Source of the DNA: a virus
DNA length: 64,000 bases
Reading direction: 5' to 3' (one strand)
IMG/VR virus record: IMGVR_UViG_3300024333_000007
Coordinates: 4,430-68,429 of that record
The notes under the pieces: model-generated
Databases searched by the model: none
Seen by the model: only the letters and a program-made list of their open reading frames with translations
Told to the model about the DNA's origin: nothing
Position numbers and translations under genes: made by a program
Shown here: positions 1 to 9,891 of the stretch, piece by piece
Numbering within the stretch: position 1 is the first letter of the stretch
How the letters are laid out: each line of letters opens with the position of its first letter

Positions 1-508
1 GGTCTCTATTACAATTATGTCCTTCAAGATAGCATATTCTAAAATCTATATTTTTAAGTAACCAGTAAAGATTATAAACACCTATATGCTTAGTAAGTGA
101 AAGTGCAAATACAATATCTATACCTACCTTAAAATAATTGTTGATGTATTTAACAACATCTATTGGCATCATAAGATTACCATAAACAAAATCTATCTCA
201 AATCTATTGTATTCTGCCAAAGTTTTAGCACATTCTATGTATTCTCTTTGATATTCAATTCCTAATATATTTCTTGCGCCACGTCTGTATGCCTCAATCG
301 ACATACTACCAAGTTGGCTACCTAGATCTAACACAGACATGCCAGACATATCTTGGGAAATTTGCATTATATTATATCTATATAACGTGTCTCTCGTGCC
401 CGGCATATATTCCCCATCAAGATAATATGATTGATATGGTTTACTTCTTTCCTTATAAGGAAACTGTGCCAAAATTTCTATTTTTTTCTTCAGTTCTTCC
501 CTATCCAA
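1..508 (-). CDS. Class I SAM-dependent methyltransferase (3'-partial, runs off window start)
   Basis: Manual translation from TTG at 508: MDREELKKKIE...MSVLDLGSQLGSMSIEAYRRGARNILGIEY; motif I (VLDLGxxxG) and acidic motif II; frame open to the window edge. Confidence 0.8.
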   Translation of the reverse strand, partial: MDREELKKKIEILAQFPYKERSKPYQSYYLDGEYMPGTRDTLYRYNIMQISQDMSGMSVLDLGSQLGSMSIEAYRRGARNILGIEYQREYIECAKTLAEYNRFEIDFVYGNLMMPIDVVKYINNYFKVGIDIVFALSLTKHIGVYNLYWLLKNIDFRICYLEGHNCNRD

Positions 509-509
509 A

Positions 510-1256
510 TTAGTGCATCATCCTAATATATGATTCTAACTCGTCCTTCGCAACAAAGGATAAAATTTCTTTAGCTGGATTAATATCTGATATATTACTT
601 TCTATATTCATATTATTACTATGGTCATATATTATATTATCATATTCCATCATATTAGCAATCTCGTTTATGCTTCTGCCCACACCTGTTCCTACATCAA
701 CAATAATTTTTTCTTTTCCAAATGCCATTTCTATTGCTTGACATACTTCGGACACATGGATAAAATCTCTTATTTGCTCACCATTACCCACTATAACCAT
801 CGATTTGTTATTTTTTTTGGCATTTATGAAATTGGCTATAACTGACGTTTTGAGTTCTAGATAATATTCACCACCATATACATTAGCAAGCCTTAAGACT
901 GAATGTCCCATTTTTAGTGCCATAGTTTCACAAATAAGCTTCATTATAGCATATTTGCTTGTTGGATATTTGGCGGCCTGCGAAGATATAAAAATTACCG
1001 GAACTTTGGCAAGTCTAAAAATATTTTCAGCACTAAGAACATTATCAACAATAGCGTTATGAAAATCTGTTTCGCACTGCTGTATTCCGGGCATACCAGC
1101 AAGATGAACAACAGTCTTAACTGAGTTAGGAATACTCTTTAAATTTTCCACTCTACAACCAAATACCTTATCTACAAGAATAAGATCATACTTCGTAGAT
1201 AATCTTTTACATAAATTTCGTCCTATATATCCTGCAGAGCCTGTAATCATTATCAT
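510..1256 (-). CDS. NAD-dependent nucleotide-sugar epimerase/dehydratase (extended SDR)
   Basis: ITGSAGYIG, VHLAG, YxxxK, RLANVYG, GNGEQIRDFIHV. Confidence 0.92.
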   Translation of the reverse strand: MIMITGSAGYIGRNLCKRLSTKYDLILVDKVFGCRVENLKSIPNSVKTVVHLAGMPGIQQCETDFHNAIVDNVLSAENIFRLAKVPVIFISSQAAKYPTSKYAIMKLICETMALKMGHSVLRLANVYGGEYYLELKTSVIANFINAKKNNKSMVIVGNGEQIRDFIHVSEVCQAIEMAFGKEKIIVDVGTGVGRSINEIANMMEYDNIIYDHSNNMNIESNISDINPAKEILSFVAKDELESYIRMMH

Positions 1257-1861
1257 ATTTTTTCTAACTCTGTTAGATCAATATCCCCATTGAGTTGCAT
1301 ACAATATTCTCTTGTTCTTCTTACATCTACCAGATAACCATTTACCAAATTACCTTCTTTTCTTTCCAAATCGCCTATTGCACCTGGATTAGCTTTTATT
1401 ATACCAGTATCAAGAAATAGGCTTTTAAATTTTTCAAAGTTATATTGACCAGGTGGTAATTTATTAGCATTTTTCACAAAGTAACCATACATACCTTTAT
1501 CATCACTATACCAATTTCTAGTAAATATCTTAGATATAACATTTTTAATATGAAAATATCCTATTACTGGAGGAGACATGTTGCAATATGAAAGTTTTCG
1601 TATAATTTCTACTTCATTTACTATACTAATAAGACTGTTAAAAAGAAAATCTGGGCTTTCATTAAGGCATGACATTCTTATTTTATCAGCATTTTTCCCT
1701 CTTGGCCAAGCTGTGCTTTCAATACAACCTTGAAAAGATAGAATAATCTTTGCTTCTATACTTGGTATCCAAATACAGTGTTTACCAAGTATAGAATCTT
1801 TGTAATTGTTATCCAATATAACATGGTCTGGATAAATGATTATTTCATTATATTTTATCAC
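1253..1861 (-). CDS. Hypothetical protein, possibly kinase-like
   Basis: 202 aa ORF coupled to neighbours; GDL...GNLVNGYLVD loosely resembles a kinase catalytic loop. Confidence 0.45.
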   Translation of the reverse strand: MIKYNEIIIYPDHVILDNNYKDSILGKHCIWIPSIEAKIILSFQGCIESTAWPRGKNADKIRMSCLNESPDFLFNSLISIVNEVEIIRKLSYCNMSPPVIGYFHIKNVISKIFTRNWYSDDKGMYGYFVKNANKLPPGQYNFEKFKSLFLDTGIIKANPGAIGDLERKEGNLVNGYLVDVRRTREYCMQLNGDIDLTELEKI

Positions 1862-2861
1862 AACTAATATCTTCTATATACAATGGATATATCTTGTTTG
1901 TTTTACCATCAAGTATATCTAATACCGCTTTTACTCTATGCTTAGCTGTATGATTATTTTGAACATAATCATATCCTTGTTGCCTTATTTTTTCACCAGC
2001 TTCTTTATTATCCCGCATATAATACATATATTTATTATACACATCATCCACATCATGTCTATTATACGCAACGTAATGAACACCATCTTCAAAAAATAAA
2101 TCCATAGCTGGCGTATTGTCATGAAAATATAAACCTCTTGCACCTATATATTGAAAAGGTCTTGTATCCAAATATCCAGGCACATGAAATCCTTGATGAA
2201 CACCTAATATGGCCGAAGCACTTACTGCAACTTGTGATGTACAAAATCTTGTATTACCAAATTCTTCAGTAGGAAAAATTTTCATATCTAATCGTTTTGA
2301 TAGTTTATCTATAAATTCACGTCTAGCATAATGTAAATGTCCTTCATTTCTATAAGATAAATTACCAGCAAAAAATATTTGACATCTAAACATATTATCT
2401 GATGTTGAGGGCAAAATCTGATTCAGTGCAAAATAAGGAAAATGGATACAACGAACTTTTGTATGTCCTTCAAAAGATGGATATAAACAAGAGTTAATTA
2501 ATCCTAAATCTATTATATCTTGTAATGGATAAGGATAACGGGGAACTGTTTTAGCATCACCTTCTTGATAAACAATTTTAGTTCCCCATTTTTTTCTGGT
2601 TCTTAACAAATTTTCATGTATATGTTCGCGTAATATAGATTCACCACATATATCATTTAAATTCTCACTAAAGATCATGTGGGTAAACAAAACATCGGGT
2701 TTAAAATAATCTATTCTTGCCTTTACATTATCAATATTTAATCTTATTGGTATAGCACAAGCTAAATGTCCATTAAGAAAAGCACCTTGCATCATACCCA
2801 TCAAATAGTACGAAAACCATCTATCAAAATCGCCATATACAGCTATTCTAAGTTGTTTCAT
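1848..2861 (-). CDS. Glycosyltransferase, CgeB/Glyco_trans_1_2-like (GT-B)
   Basis: FAGN...RREFI...TRPFQYIGARG...FEDGVHYVAY...IRQQGYDYVQNNHTAKHRV. Confidence 0.85.
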   Translation of the reverse strand: MKQLRIAVYGDFDRWFSYYLMGMMQGAFLNGHLACAIPIRLNIDNVKARIDYFKPDVLFTHMIFSENLNDICGESILREHIHENLLRTRKKWGTKIVYQEGDAKTVPRYPYPLQDIIDLGLINSCLYPSFEGHTKVRCIHFPYFALNQILPSTSDNMFRCQIFFAGNLSYRNEGHLHYARREFIDKLSKRLDMKIFPTEEFGNTRFCTSQVAVSASAILGVHQGFHVPGYLDTRPFQYIGARGLYFHDNTPAMDLFFEDGVHYVAYNRHDVDDVYNKYMYYMRDNKEAGEKIRQQGYDYVQNNHTAKHRVKAVLDILDGKTNKIYPLYIEDISCDKI

Positions 2862-2965
2862 TTTTTTTCAAATATAACATAGCAGCTAAAGAAGTAATGA
2901 TTGTAGAAAGATAAGTTTTATATCTTTTTGTTTCTACTGGTATATCATTTTTATTATTTTTATTA

Positions 2966-3901
2966 TTATCTGATATAATATATCTTATATTCCTTACCTT
3001 CTAGTATATTTATCACCTGTCTAATCCTTTCTTTTGACGAATGATATGTTTGGCCATATTTAAATCCTTCTTTTCGTATTTTAATATTATCTTTATAAGT
3101 ATTAAATTTATCTATAAAACTTCCTATATTATCACGTTCAAATGATATATAATGAACGCCATCTTCAAATACTTTATCTATAGCCGGATGTTTGTCATGA
3201 AAATATACTGACCCAGCTCCTATATATTGGTACGGTCTAACATCTTGATAGCCAGATACATTTAGTCCCATCTGAAAACCTAATATACCATTAGCCGAAG
3301 CTGCAAGTTCTGGGGTTTGGAATCTGGTATTGCCAGATTCCGGCGAAGGAAAGGTTTTTATAGATATTTGTGATTTAAGTTGTTGAATAAATTTTGCTCT
3401 ATGTGCGTGATGTTGATTATTTTCCAAACTACCAGTAAAAGCCAAATCACAAGTATATATTGGTGATTTATCAGCTATTTTATCCTGATTAAGTGCCATA
3501 TAGGGCCAATGAAAACATTGTACTCTCCAAATATTATATGCTGGCATTACTGGCCAATGATTTATTAACGCATAATCTACTATACTACTAATATTATTAG
3601 CAAATCTTGGTTCTACTCGTGCATCACCCGCATGGTAAAATACTTTTATGCCTTTATTTCTACATTTTTTCAGAATATAAAATAAATGGTCTCTATGTGG
3701 TTTATTATCAAATATAGTATGGCAAAGAATAGCATGTGGTTTAAAGAAATTTATTTGTTCCCATATATCATACATACTATTTTTTTCTAATGATACAGAT
3801 CTAGCTAAACTATTATTTAAATAAACACCTTGTAAAGCACCATACAGAAAATAAGAAGGATAGCTTTCCCATTTACCTAATATTACAAATCTATATTGCA
3901 T
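2966..3901 (-). CDS. Glycosyltransferase, CgeB-like, paralogue of 1848-2861
   Basis: FTGS...GNTRF...VRPYQYIGAG...FEDGVHYISF; clear similarity to the adjacent ORF. Confidence 0.85.
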   Translation of the reverse strand: MQYRFVILGKWESYPSYFLYGALQGVYLNNSLARSVSLEKNSMYDIWEQINFFKPHAILCHTIFDNKPHRDHLFYILKKCRNKGIKVFYHAGDARVEPRFANNISSIVDYALINHWPVMPAYNIWRVQCFHWPYMALNQDKIADKSPIYTCDLAFTGSLENNQHHAHRAKFIQQLKSQISIKTFPSPESGNTRFQTPELAASANGILGFQMGLNVSGYQDVRPYQYIGAGSVYFHDKHPAIDKVFEDGVHYISFERDNIGSFIDKFNTYKDNIKIRKEGFKYGQTYHSSKERIRQVINILEGKEYKIYYIR

Positions 3902-4061
3902 ATTATATCCACTCTGTAATCACTTCTAATTCTTCATCCTCATATGATATATCTTATATAGTAATTTTATTCTTACAAAAATCTTTTGTAAGTTCAACAA
4001 AAATCAAGTTTTTCACTATCTTTTCTTTCATCCAGTATATCTTTAAACATTTTCCACCAAA

Positions 4062-4256
4062 TTAGTCATCTTTTTTATTAATGGCTATTCTTAACGAAAA
4101 CATACTTGTAAGAAATGAAAATACACCAAAAGACCAGAAAAAGGCCGAATCGTTTTGTGTTTTCCATGCTACAGAAATAAAGAAAGCAAAAACCAACATT
4201 AATAGTATATTCACAATATCAAATAATCTTTGTATTATTTCTGTTCTTAACCTCAT
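4062..4256 (-). CDS. Small two-TM membrane protein
   Basis: Two hydrophobic stretches, same orientation as neighbours. Confidence 0.55.
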   Translation of the reverse strand: MRLRTEIIQRLFDIVNILLMLVFAFFISVAWKTQNDSAFFWSFGVFSFLTSMFSLRIAINKKDD

Positions 4257-4267
4257 AAATGACCCTT

Positions 4268-4936
4268 CTATATTACCTTTATTTTATACTTGTTCTCGTA
4301 TTTCTTGAATATTTTATATTGTTCTTTGTTAATAATCAAACTACTACTAATAGTCATGTCATCTGGTAGTTCTTCTATTAATGTATAGGATGAATCACAG
4401 TTACCCCTTATTGTTACCTTTTCACCTATTCTTTTTATATTACTAAAAAATAAATATAAATCGCCACCAATACTAACATTATCTGGTAGTTCTTCTATTG
4501 GTGTATATGATAAATCACAACTACCCTTTACTATCAAATTCTTACCTATTTTTCTTATTTTACTAAAATATAAATCCAAATTGCCACCAATATTAACATT
4601 ATCTGGTAGTTCTTCTATTGGTGCATCAGATAAATCCAAATCACCCTTTACTACTAAATTCTTACCTATTTTCTTAATTTTACTGTCATATAAATCCAAA
4701 TTACCACCAATACTAACATTATCTGGTAGTTCTTCTATTGGTGTATGAGATAAATGACAATTACCCTTTACTACTAAATTCTTACCTATTTTCTTAATTT
4801 TACTATTATATAAACTCAAATCACCATTAATAGTTATATTATCTGGGACTTCAGTTATATTACTAAAAGATAAATCCAAATCATCATTTATTACCATACT
4901 ACTTACTAATTTATAATTTCTTGGCTTCATGTGCAT
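4268..4936 (-). CDS. Leucine-rich-repeat-like protein (alternating 20-aa units, 40-aa period)
   Basis: Repeats xLxLxxxxIKKIGKNLxVKG / xxxLSxTPIEELPDNVxIGG; 120-bp DNA periodicity. Confidence 0.85.
   Translation of the reverse strand: MHMKPRNYKLVSSMVINDDLDLSFSNITEVPDNITINGDLSLYNSKIKKIGKNLVVKGNCHLSHTPIEELPDNVSIGGNLDLYDSKIKKIGKNLVVKGDLDLSDAPIEELPDNVNIGGNLDLYFSKIRKIGKNLIVKGSCDLSYTPIEELPDNVSIGGDLYLFFSNIKRIGEKVTIRGNCDSSYTLIEELPDDMTISSSLIINKEQYKIFKKYENKYKIKVI
4330..4880. repeat. Intragenic tandem repeat, 120-bp period, about 4.5 copies
   Basis: atctggtagttcttctatt recurs at 4361, 4481, 4601 and 4721. Confidence 0.9.
4714..4912 (-). repeat. 199-bp perfect inverted repeat, copy 1 (partner 47399-47597)
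   Basis: Base-by-base comparison by eye found no mismatch with the reverse complement of 47399-47597. Confidence 0.9.
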
Positions 4937-4940
4937 CTCC

Positions 4941-5636
4941 TTACCATTTATAGGTTTTATTCCTAACCGATTTACTTATTTTACCAAGATGTTCAACACA
5001 TTTACCTTTTCTCATTTCACCCAAATAGAAAGTTCTGCTATTGTTTAGCACCCAGTCAGCATCACGATTCATATCGGGCCTTTTAAGAAATCTGTTTATC
5101 TCCCAATGAAAATCTTCTAGTAAATATTTTTTAATGTGGTCTATGGCAGGTTTTACATAATCAAATCTTTGAATAGATGGTAACATCATCCAATGTGGAG
5201 AAGTTGTAAGTTTTATATCATCAAATTCAATAGTTTTTTTAGTAAATCCGGGTTTATCTGGTAATATATCTCTTTTATGAAAAACAATTTGATTTATTGG
5301 ATAGTTATCCATTAGATCAATAAGTTTATCCAAATCAATTTCTACTAATAGTTCATAATCATCTTCCCAATGAATAAGATATTTGGTTTCTACTTTATCA
5401 TATAATTTCAGGAAGGATTTTCTATGACCAATTCTATTATCTACCATTATATCTTTATATAATCCAGTAGATTTAGAATATTCTACACAGGCATCAGAAG
5501 CTTGCGTATTAAGTATATCTTCATGAAGATACCAAATAAGACTATCGGAATATTTAAGATTCTTCAACATAGACTCTGTAGAAATCTTAAGTATTTCTGG
5601 TCTTGATGCAGATGTTCTAACTATAGTTATGCTCAT
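4941..5636 (-). CDS. Glycosyltransferase family 2-like (GT-A)
   Basis: TSASRPEIL start, YLIHWEDD (DxD-like), HLG near C-terminus; paralogue of 8122-8805. Confidence 0.75.
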   Translation of the reverse strand: MSITIVRTSASRPEILKISTESMLKNLKYSDSLIWYLHEDILNTQASDACVEYSKSTGLYKDIMVDNRIGHRKSFLKLYDKVETKYLIHWEDDYELLVEIDLDKLIDLMDNYPINQIVFHKRDILPDKPGFTKKTIEFDDIKLTTSPHWMMLPSIQRFDYVKPAIDHIKKYLLEDFHWEINRFLKRPDMNRDADWVLNNSRTFYLGEMRKGKCVEHLGKISKSVRNKTYKW

Positions 5637-5658
5637 TATTTTTTTATCTAAATTATTA

Positions 5659-5684
5659 ATTGTGGGGGATAGACCCCCACAATC
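5659..5684 (-). terminator. Hairpin, putative intrinsic terminator downstream of the OMP gene
   Basis: attgtggggg-atag-acccccacaat inverted repeat. Confidence 0.6.
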
Positions 5685-5687
5685 TTT

Positions 5688-6401
5688 TTAGAAATGATAA
5701 CTTAATCTTACAAAAGTTGAAAAGTTATTAGAATCGAAGCTTGCTTTTGCATTTCCCCCAGGAATATTAAAATCAAATCCTGGATTAGCATATCTATACC
5801 TAAATACAGAATCTACCGAAAATACAGGAGTTACCATAACTCTTACACCAGCTTCAGTTACTAATGCCACATTTGTTGATGTTTGACTACCTACATTAAA
5901 ATTATTGCCATCAATGTAAGTAAACATAATACCTGGCCCAATACCAACAAAAGGAACAATTCTACCGTATAGATATTCTTTAGATGCTGATAGTGGCAAT
6001 TTACCCATTAAAAGAAAGGATAATGTAGTTTGACTACCATTTACATCAGGAAAATTAGTCAAAACTGCGCCATTATTAGCATAAACAGCACGCCTTTGAC
6101 TTGATGCATCCATAACATTGTAGGATACATCCATAGCCACAGAGAAATATTGCATCCACAAGGGCCACGAATATCCCCCAACACCAGTGGGAATAAAATC
6201 ATATCCCAATGTTAAACCAGTAATAAGACTATGTCTAAATCCATAGTTATTAATAGTAGCAGAATTTTCCGGCCAATTTGTTTTTACATCTGCACTACCA
6301 GTCCAGTTTTGGCCGACATAACAACCAGCCCACATGGCCCCGTGTGATACACTAACAAAAGACAATACCATACAAAATACCATTACTAAAAGTTTCTTCA
6401 T
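5688..6401 (-). CDS. Outer-membrane beta-barrel protein (OMP_b-brl / Ail-Lom-like) with signal peptide
   Basis: MKKLL-hydrophobic-SHGA signal, alternating amphipathic strands, PFVGIGPG, C-terminal RLSYHF. Confidence 0.85.
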   Translation of the reverse strand: MKKLLVMVFCMVLSFVSVSHGAMWAGCYVGQNWTGSADVKTNWPENSATINNYGFRHSLITGLTLGYDFIPTGVGGYSWPLWMQYFSVAMDVSYNVMDASSQRRAVYANNGAVLTNFPDVNGSQTTLSFLLMGKLPLSASKEYLYGRIVPFVGIGPGIMFTYIDGNNFNVGSQTSTNVALVTEAGVRVMVTPVFSVDSVFRYRYANPGFDFNIPGGNAKASFDSNNFSTFVRLSYHF

Positions 6402-6477
6402 GTTTCCCCCTTAAGGTTTTATATATCTAATATACTATTATATTAGCCATTTAATATTTAAATAATAAAACGCCATT

Positions 6478-6645
6478 TCATATTACCTCGTTAATTTGTT
6501 TCATTGTATAATATGAACATGTTTCCAGACTATTTTTAATAACAACTATTGGATTGAGAACACATTGACCAATTGATGAACAACTACAACATAATTTATT
6601 ATCCCGAAATTCTTTCCAATATTTACATGTTTTACATATTGTCAT
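6478..6645 (-). CDS. 55-aa Cys-rich protein, copy 1
   Basis: Manual ORF MTICKTCKYWKEFRDNKLCCSCSSIGQCVLNP...; an intact duplicate with synonymous changes lies at 10124-10291. Confidence 0.65.
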   Translation of the reverse strand: MTICKTCKYWKEFRDNKLCCSCSSIGQCVLNPIVVIKNSLETCSYYTMKQINEVI

Positions 6646-7000
6646 ACCTTTCTCCGTTGTTTGTATAATAAAAATCCATATAATTATAGTCCCTGTTTTC
6701 TTCGGTTGACCAAATAGCGGCCATTAAATCTCCCCATGCTCTAAATGAAAATATTGCCACTGTATTATCTGAAAATAGCGGATTACCTTCATATTGATGC
6801 CATGCACCACCTTTTCTTAGATTATTTTCAATAATGCACAATCTCAATGCATCAATATATTTTTGGTTGCTTTTTGACCATTCTGGATCAAATGAAAAAA
6901 TATAATCATTCCAACGCATACCATCTTTAAATATCCCACCTAATAATATGAAAGATTCTTTATAGCCATTGCTATCTGGCAACCAATCTTTTACCATCAT
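6632..7000 (-). CDS. Hypothetical phage protein
   Basis: 122 aa ORF, FSFRAWGDLMAAIW segment. Confidence 0.65.
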   Translation of the reverse strand: MMVKDWLPDSNGYKESFILLGGIFKDGMRWNDYIFSFDPEWSKSNQKYIDALRLCIIENNLRKGGAWHQYEGNPLFSDNTVAIFSFRAWGDLMAAIWSTEENRDYNYMDFYYTNNGERYDNM

Positions 7001-7245
7001 ATATCTTCTCCCAAATATTCAATAATTTTCATACCATCATCATATAATTTTTTTGCTTCAATAGTATTTACCATGCCAAGAAATCTCATCGTAGCATGAT
7101 ACCAACATCTTATATTAATAAACTCTTCCAATAGAAGAGTTTTACTCATATCATATCTTTTAATATGACATTTATTATTATGTCCCCCTGCCCCACAATG
7201 AGTACATACTAATGTGCCGTGAATGATATTACAATCACATTTCAT
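6997..7245 (-). CDS. Hypothetical protein with N-terminal Cys motif
   Basis: CDC...CTHCG; ATGA-coupled to next gene. Confidence 0.55.
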   Translation of the reverse strand: MKCDCNIIHGTLVCTHCGAGGHNNKCHIKRYDMSKTLLLEEFINIRCWYHATMRFLGMVNTIEAKKLYDDGMKIIEYLGEDI

Positions 7246-7368
7246 AATTTTTATTGATATTTCTCATATAACCGGATAATCATAGTCTAAAACTTCTTTA
7301 AATTTGATACTTGACTATTTTCTATCATTATAGCATAAAATTTCAAATGTAAACGCGAATTGTTTGAT

Positions 7369-7923
7369 TTATTTTATCGCTATCCCACCTATAACCGGAT
7401 AGTCATGTAATATTACATTCTTAAATTCAATACTTGACCATTTTCTATTATTAGAAATCAGCAGTCTTCTGAATGTTGACTCACTATAAGCTGTCTTATG
7501 TAAAGCATACTTATCTTTATTATGGCAATATATAAATCTAACTAGTTTATCAAAGTCATCTTTATAAGAATTAAAAGTTTCCAGTAAGTCGGGAAAGTCA
7601 AATATAAATTTCCCACCAGATTTAAGCACTCTGTATATTTCGGATATAATAAACTCACCCTCAAACAAATTAAAATGTTCTATGGCTTGAATCATAATAA
7701 TTTCAGAAACATCGTTCCACGGCCAGGATTTTAGAATATCTACTTTTTGATCTATAGTGAAAGAACCACGAACATCTTTGGGTGTAAAATTAAAAGGTTT
7801 GGTATAATACTTATCAAATGTGGTCTCATTGACAACGTCGTTTGGCTGCCTGATTCTGCCCTGTATATCAACATTAATATAATTCTTTAAATATACATCA
7901 CCACAACAAATATGTAATTTCAT
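7369..7923 (-). CDS. SAM-dependent methyltransferase (Methyltransf_11-like)
   Basis: KLHICCG..YINVD, AIEHF, EIYRVLKSGG; TATAAATA late promoter and GGGAG RBS upstream. Confidence 0.82.
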   Translation of the reverse strand: MKLHICCGDVYLKNYINVDIQGRIRQPNDVVNETTFDKYYTKPFNFTPKDVRGSFTIDQKVDILKSWPWNDVSEIIMIQAIEHFNLFEGEFIISEIYRVLKSGGKFIFDFPDLLETFNSYKDDFDKLVRFIYCHNKDKYALHKTAYSESTFRRLLISNNRKWSSIEFKNVILHDYPVIGGIAIK

Positions 7924-8121
7924 AGTATCTCCCTTGTTAGTTATTTATAAATGAAAATACCACAAAATACTTATCTACCATCCCTGTATAAAAGTTTATT
8001 ACTTGTCTGCGGTCTACACGACGTGAAGAATATATAGTAAATTTATGTGGCCCCATGCCCCAATCATAAAACGAATAAAATATGTTATTATGTAATACGG
8101 CAAAATCAACTTTATTATAAA

Positions 8122-8805
8122 TTAGTTTAATATTCTACCAGACCTTTCTTTTCCAATATGTTTTACATAGGCCAATTCACCTATTGGGCCAAGATAAAAT
8201 GTTCCCATTTGATTAGCTACTAAATCGGCAGTTTTATTATTTTTAAAATTATTTTGTAGTCTATCATTTATCTCCCAGTGAAAATTATTACTAGAACCAT
8301 TTTCAAACCCATTCCATTTTGGCAGTATCCAAGACAATCTCCATATTGCGGGGGATATGCGCCAATGAGGACTAACACACAATATATCTTCACCAAAAGT
8401 AAAATTTTTTTTACACCACGAATTTGCCCCAATAGTTGACATGGTTTGTCTTTTATTAAAAGCTATCTGATTTATCATGGAATAATTTTCCAATAAATGA
8501 TAACATTTATCCAAATCAATTTCCCTAATAATTTCGTGATCATCTTCCCAATGGATAAAATATTTTGATTTTGTTTTATGTAGCATCTTAGTTATTGAAT
8601 AACCCTCCCCCAATGGTGGATTGGTTATTTCAATATTATTAAATAATTCTAAGCCCTTGACGTATTTTATACATTCTTTTGAATCATGTTCCCTGATAAC
8701 AGCTTCGTGAAACATCCAATTTATATTACCAGAAAACTTAACATTATTAAGTAACGACTCTAATGTTATTTTAAGTAAATCTGGTCTGCTGGCACTGTCT
8801 ACCAT
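8122..8805 (-). CDS. Glycosyltransferase family 2-like (GT-A)
   Basis: SASRPDLL, YFIHWEDD, VKHIG; paralogue of 4941-5636. Confidence 0.75.
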   Translation of the reverse strand: MVDSASRPDLLKITLESLLNNVKFSGNINWMFHEAVIREHDSKECIKYVKGLELFNNIEITNPPLGEGYSITKMLHKTKSKYFIHWEDDHEIIREIDLDKCYHLLENYSMINQIAFNKRQTMSTIGANSWCKKNFTFGEDILCVSPHWRISPAIWRLSWILPKWNGFENGSSNNFHWEINDRLQNNFKNNKTADLVANQMGTFYLGPIGELAYVKHIGKERSGRILN

Positions 8806-8815
8806 CAGATCTATA

Positions 8816-9067
8816 TTATACAGAATTATATACCTCTAAAAATTTCTTTCTATCAATACCAACTTTAGTACAAATTGTTCTTAGTAATCCAGGATGAACA
8901 TCGTTAGATCTTGGTATAGTAATAGATTTATTATCAGTTTTTAATATAATATGTTTACCAGAATGATGATTCTGGAATCCAAGTTTTTCAAAGGCTTTTA
9001 AAACCCTTGAAAGTTTGGCACCTGTGGGCCATTTTTCTTCATTTAACAAAAATTCCCTTAGTGTCAT
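8816..9067 (-). CDS. hicA: HicA-family mRNA interferase-like protein with N-terminal capsid-targeting-like leader
   Basis: KAFEKLGF...SGKHIIL...ITIP...DVHPGLLRTICTKVGI matches the HicA fold pattern; leader MTLREFLLNE. Confidence 0.75.
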   Translation of the reverse strand: MTLREFLLNEEKWPTGAKLSRVLKAFEKLGFQNHHSGKHIILKTDNKSITIPRSNDVHPGLLRTICTKVGIDRKKFLEVYNSV

Positions 9068-9630
9068 ATTCTCTCCATTATTATATAACCATTATGGTTA
9101 AAACACTCTTCTTTAATTTTCCAATCAAAATGATTAAATAAAAATTTCATTACGGCTTGTTTAAATCCAGGTTTTGATCCATCTTCACCTATATTAGCAC
9201 AGGTTTTCCAATCATGTATTATAATCCATTTCTTAACTTTACTATGATGTTTATCAAGTTCTTTTGTCTTATGTTCATATGTGTGCCAAGAATCTATAAA
9301 TAACATATCGGTAAGTTCTATATCAACTTCAATAGAACTTTTTTGTATATAGATAAATTCTACGCCAATTTCTGTCGCAAGTTTTTTCCACTTATCGGTT
9401 AAGGCCCAATGATCACATATATCATAAGATATAACCTTTTTGGGTTTGGCTGCAATCATAGCCGAAGAACTCTTGCCCCGACCAAATCCAAATTCTGTTA
9501 TAATATCACAACTTTTAGCATAGTTATATATCACCTCTAGTTCTGGTTGAATATTAGAGGGGGTAATTCTATTATAATCATAGATTTCTATAATATTATT
9601 TAATTTGGCTATATTTTCCATTATGACCAA
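9064..9630 (-). CDS. Class I SAM methyltransferase (Methyltransf_24-like)
   Basis: ITEFGFGRGKS, DMLFIDSWHTYE, IIIHD. Confidence 0.85.
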   Translation of the reverse strand: MVIMENIAKLNNIIEIYDYNRITPSNIQPELEVIYNYAKSCDIITEFGFGRGKSSSAMIAAKPKKVISYDICDHWALTDKWKKLATEIGVEFIYIQKSSIEVDIELTDMLFIDSWHTYEHKTKELDKHHSKVKKWIIIHDWKTCANIGEDGSKPGFKQAVMKFLFNHFDWKIKEECFNHNGYIIMERI

Positions 9631-9833
9631 ACTATTCCTTTACCCATACAGCTTCTACACATTACTTCCGAATCAGTATAATTATTTGTATAAAATCCTT
9701 TGTAAACCTCTCCCTTGCCTTCACAAACCGGACATTTAAATGGTTTTTTATATCCATTTATAGGAGACCAATAATCTGTTATGTATGGCATTTGACAATC
9801 ACAACATAATTGGCCAATTATTTTGTTTGCCAT
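9621..9833 (-). CDS. Small DnaJ-type zinc-finger protein
   Basis: CPVCEGKG and CRSCMGKG repeats. Confidence 0.7.
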   Translation of the reverse strand: MANKIIGQLCCDCQMPYITDYWSPINGYKKPFKCPVCEGKGEVYKGFYTNNYTDSEVMCRSCMGKGIVWS

Positions 9834-9891
9834 AATTATCCCCTAATATTTAGCCATACCACCATGATATGTGCCAAATCCTATTATAAGC

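Noticed and set aside
4330-4880. CRISPR-like regular repeat
   Set aside because: In-frame 120-bp coding repeat of an LRR-like protein
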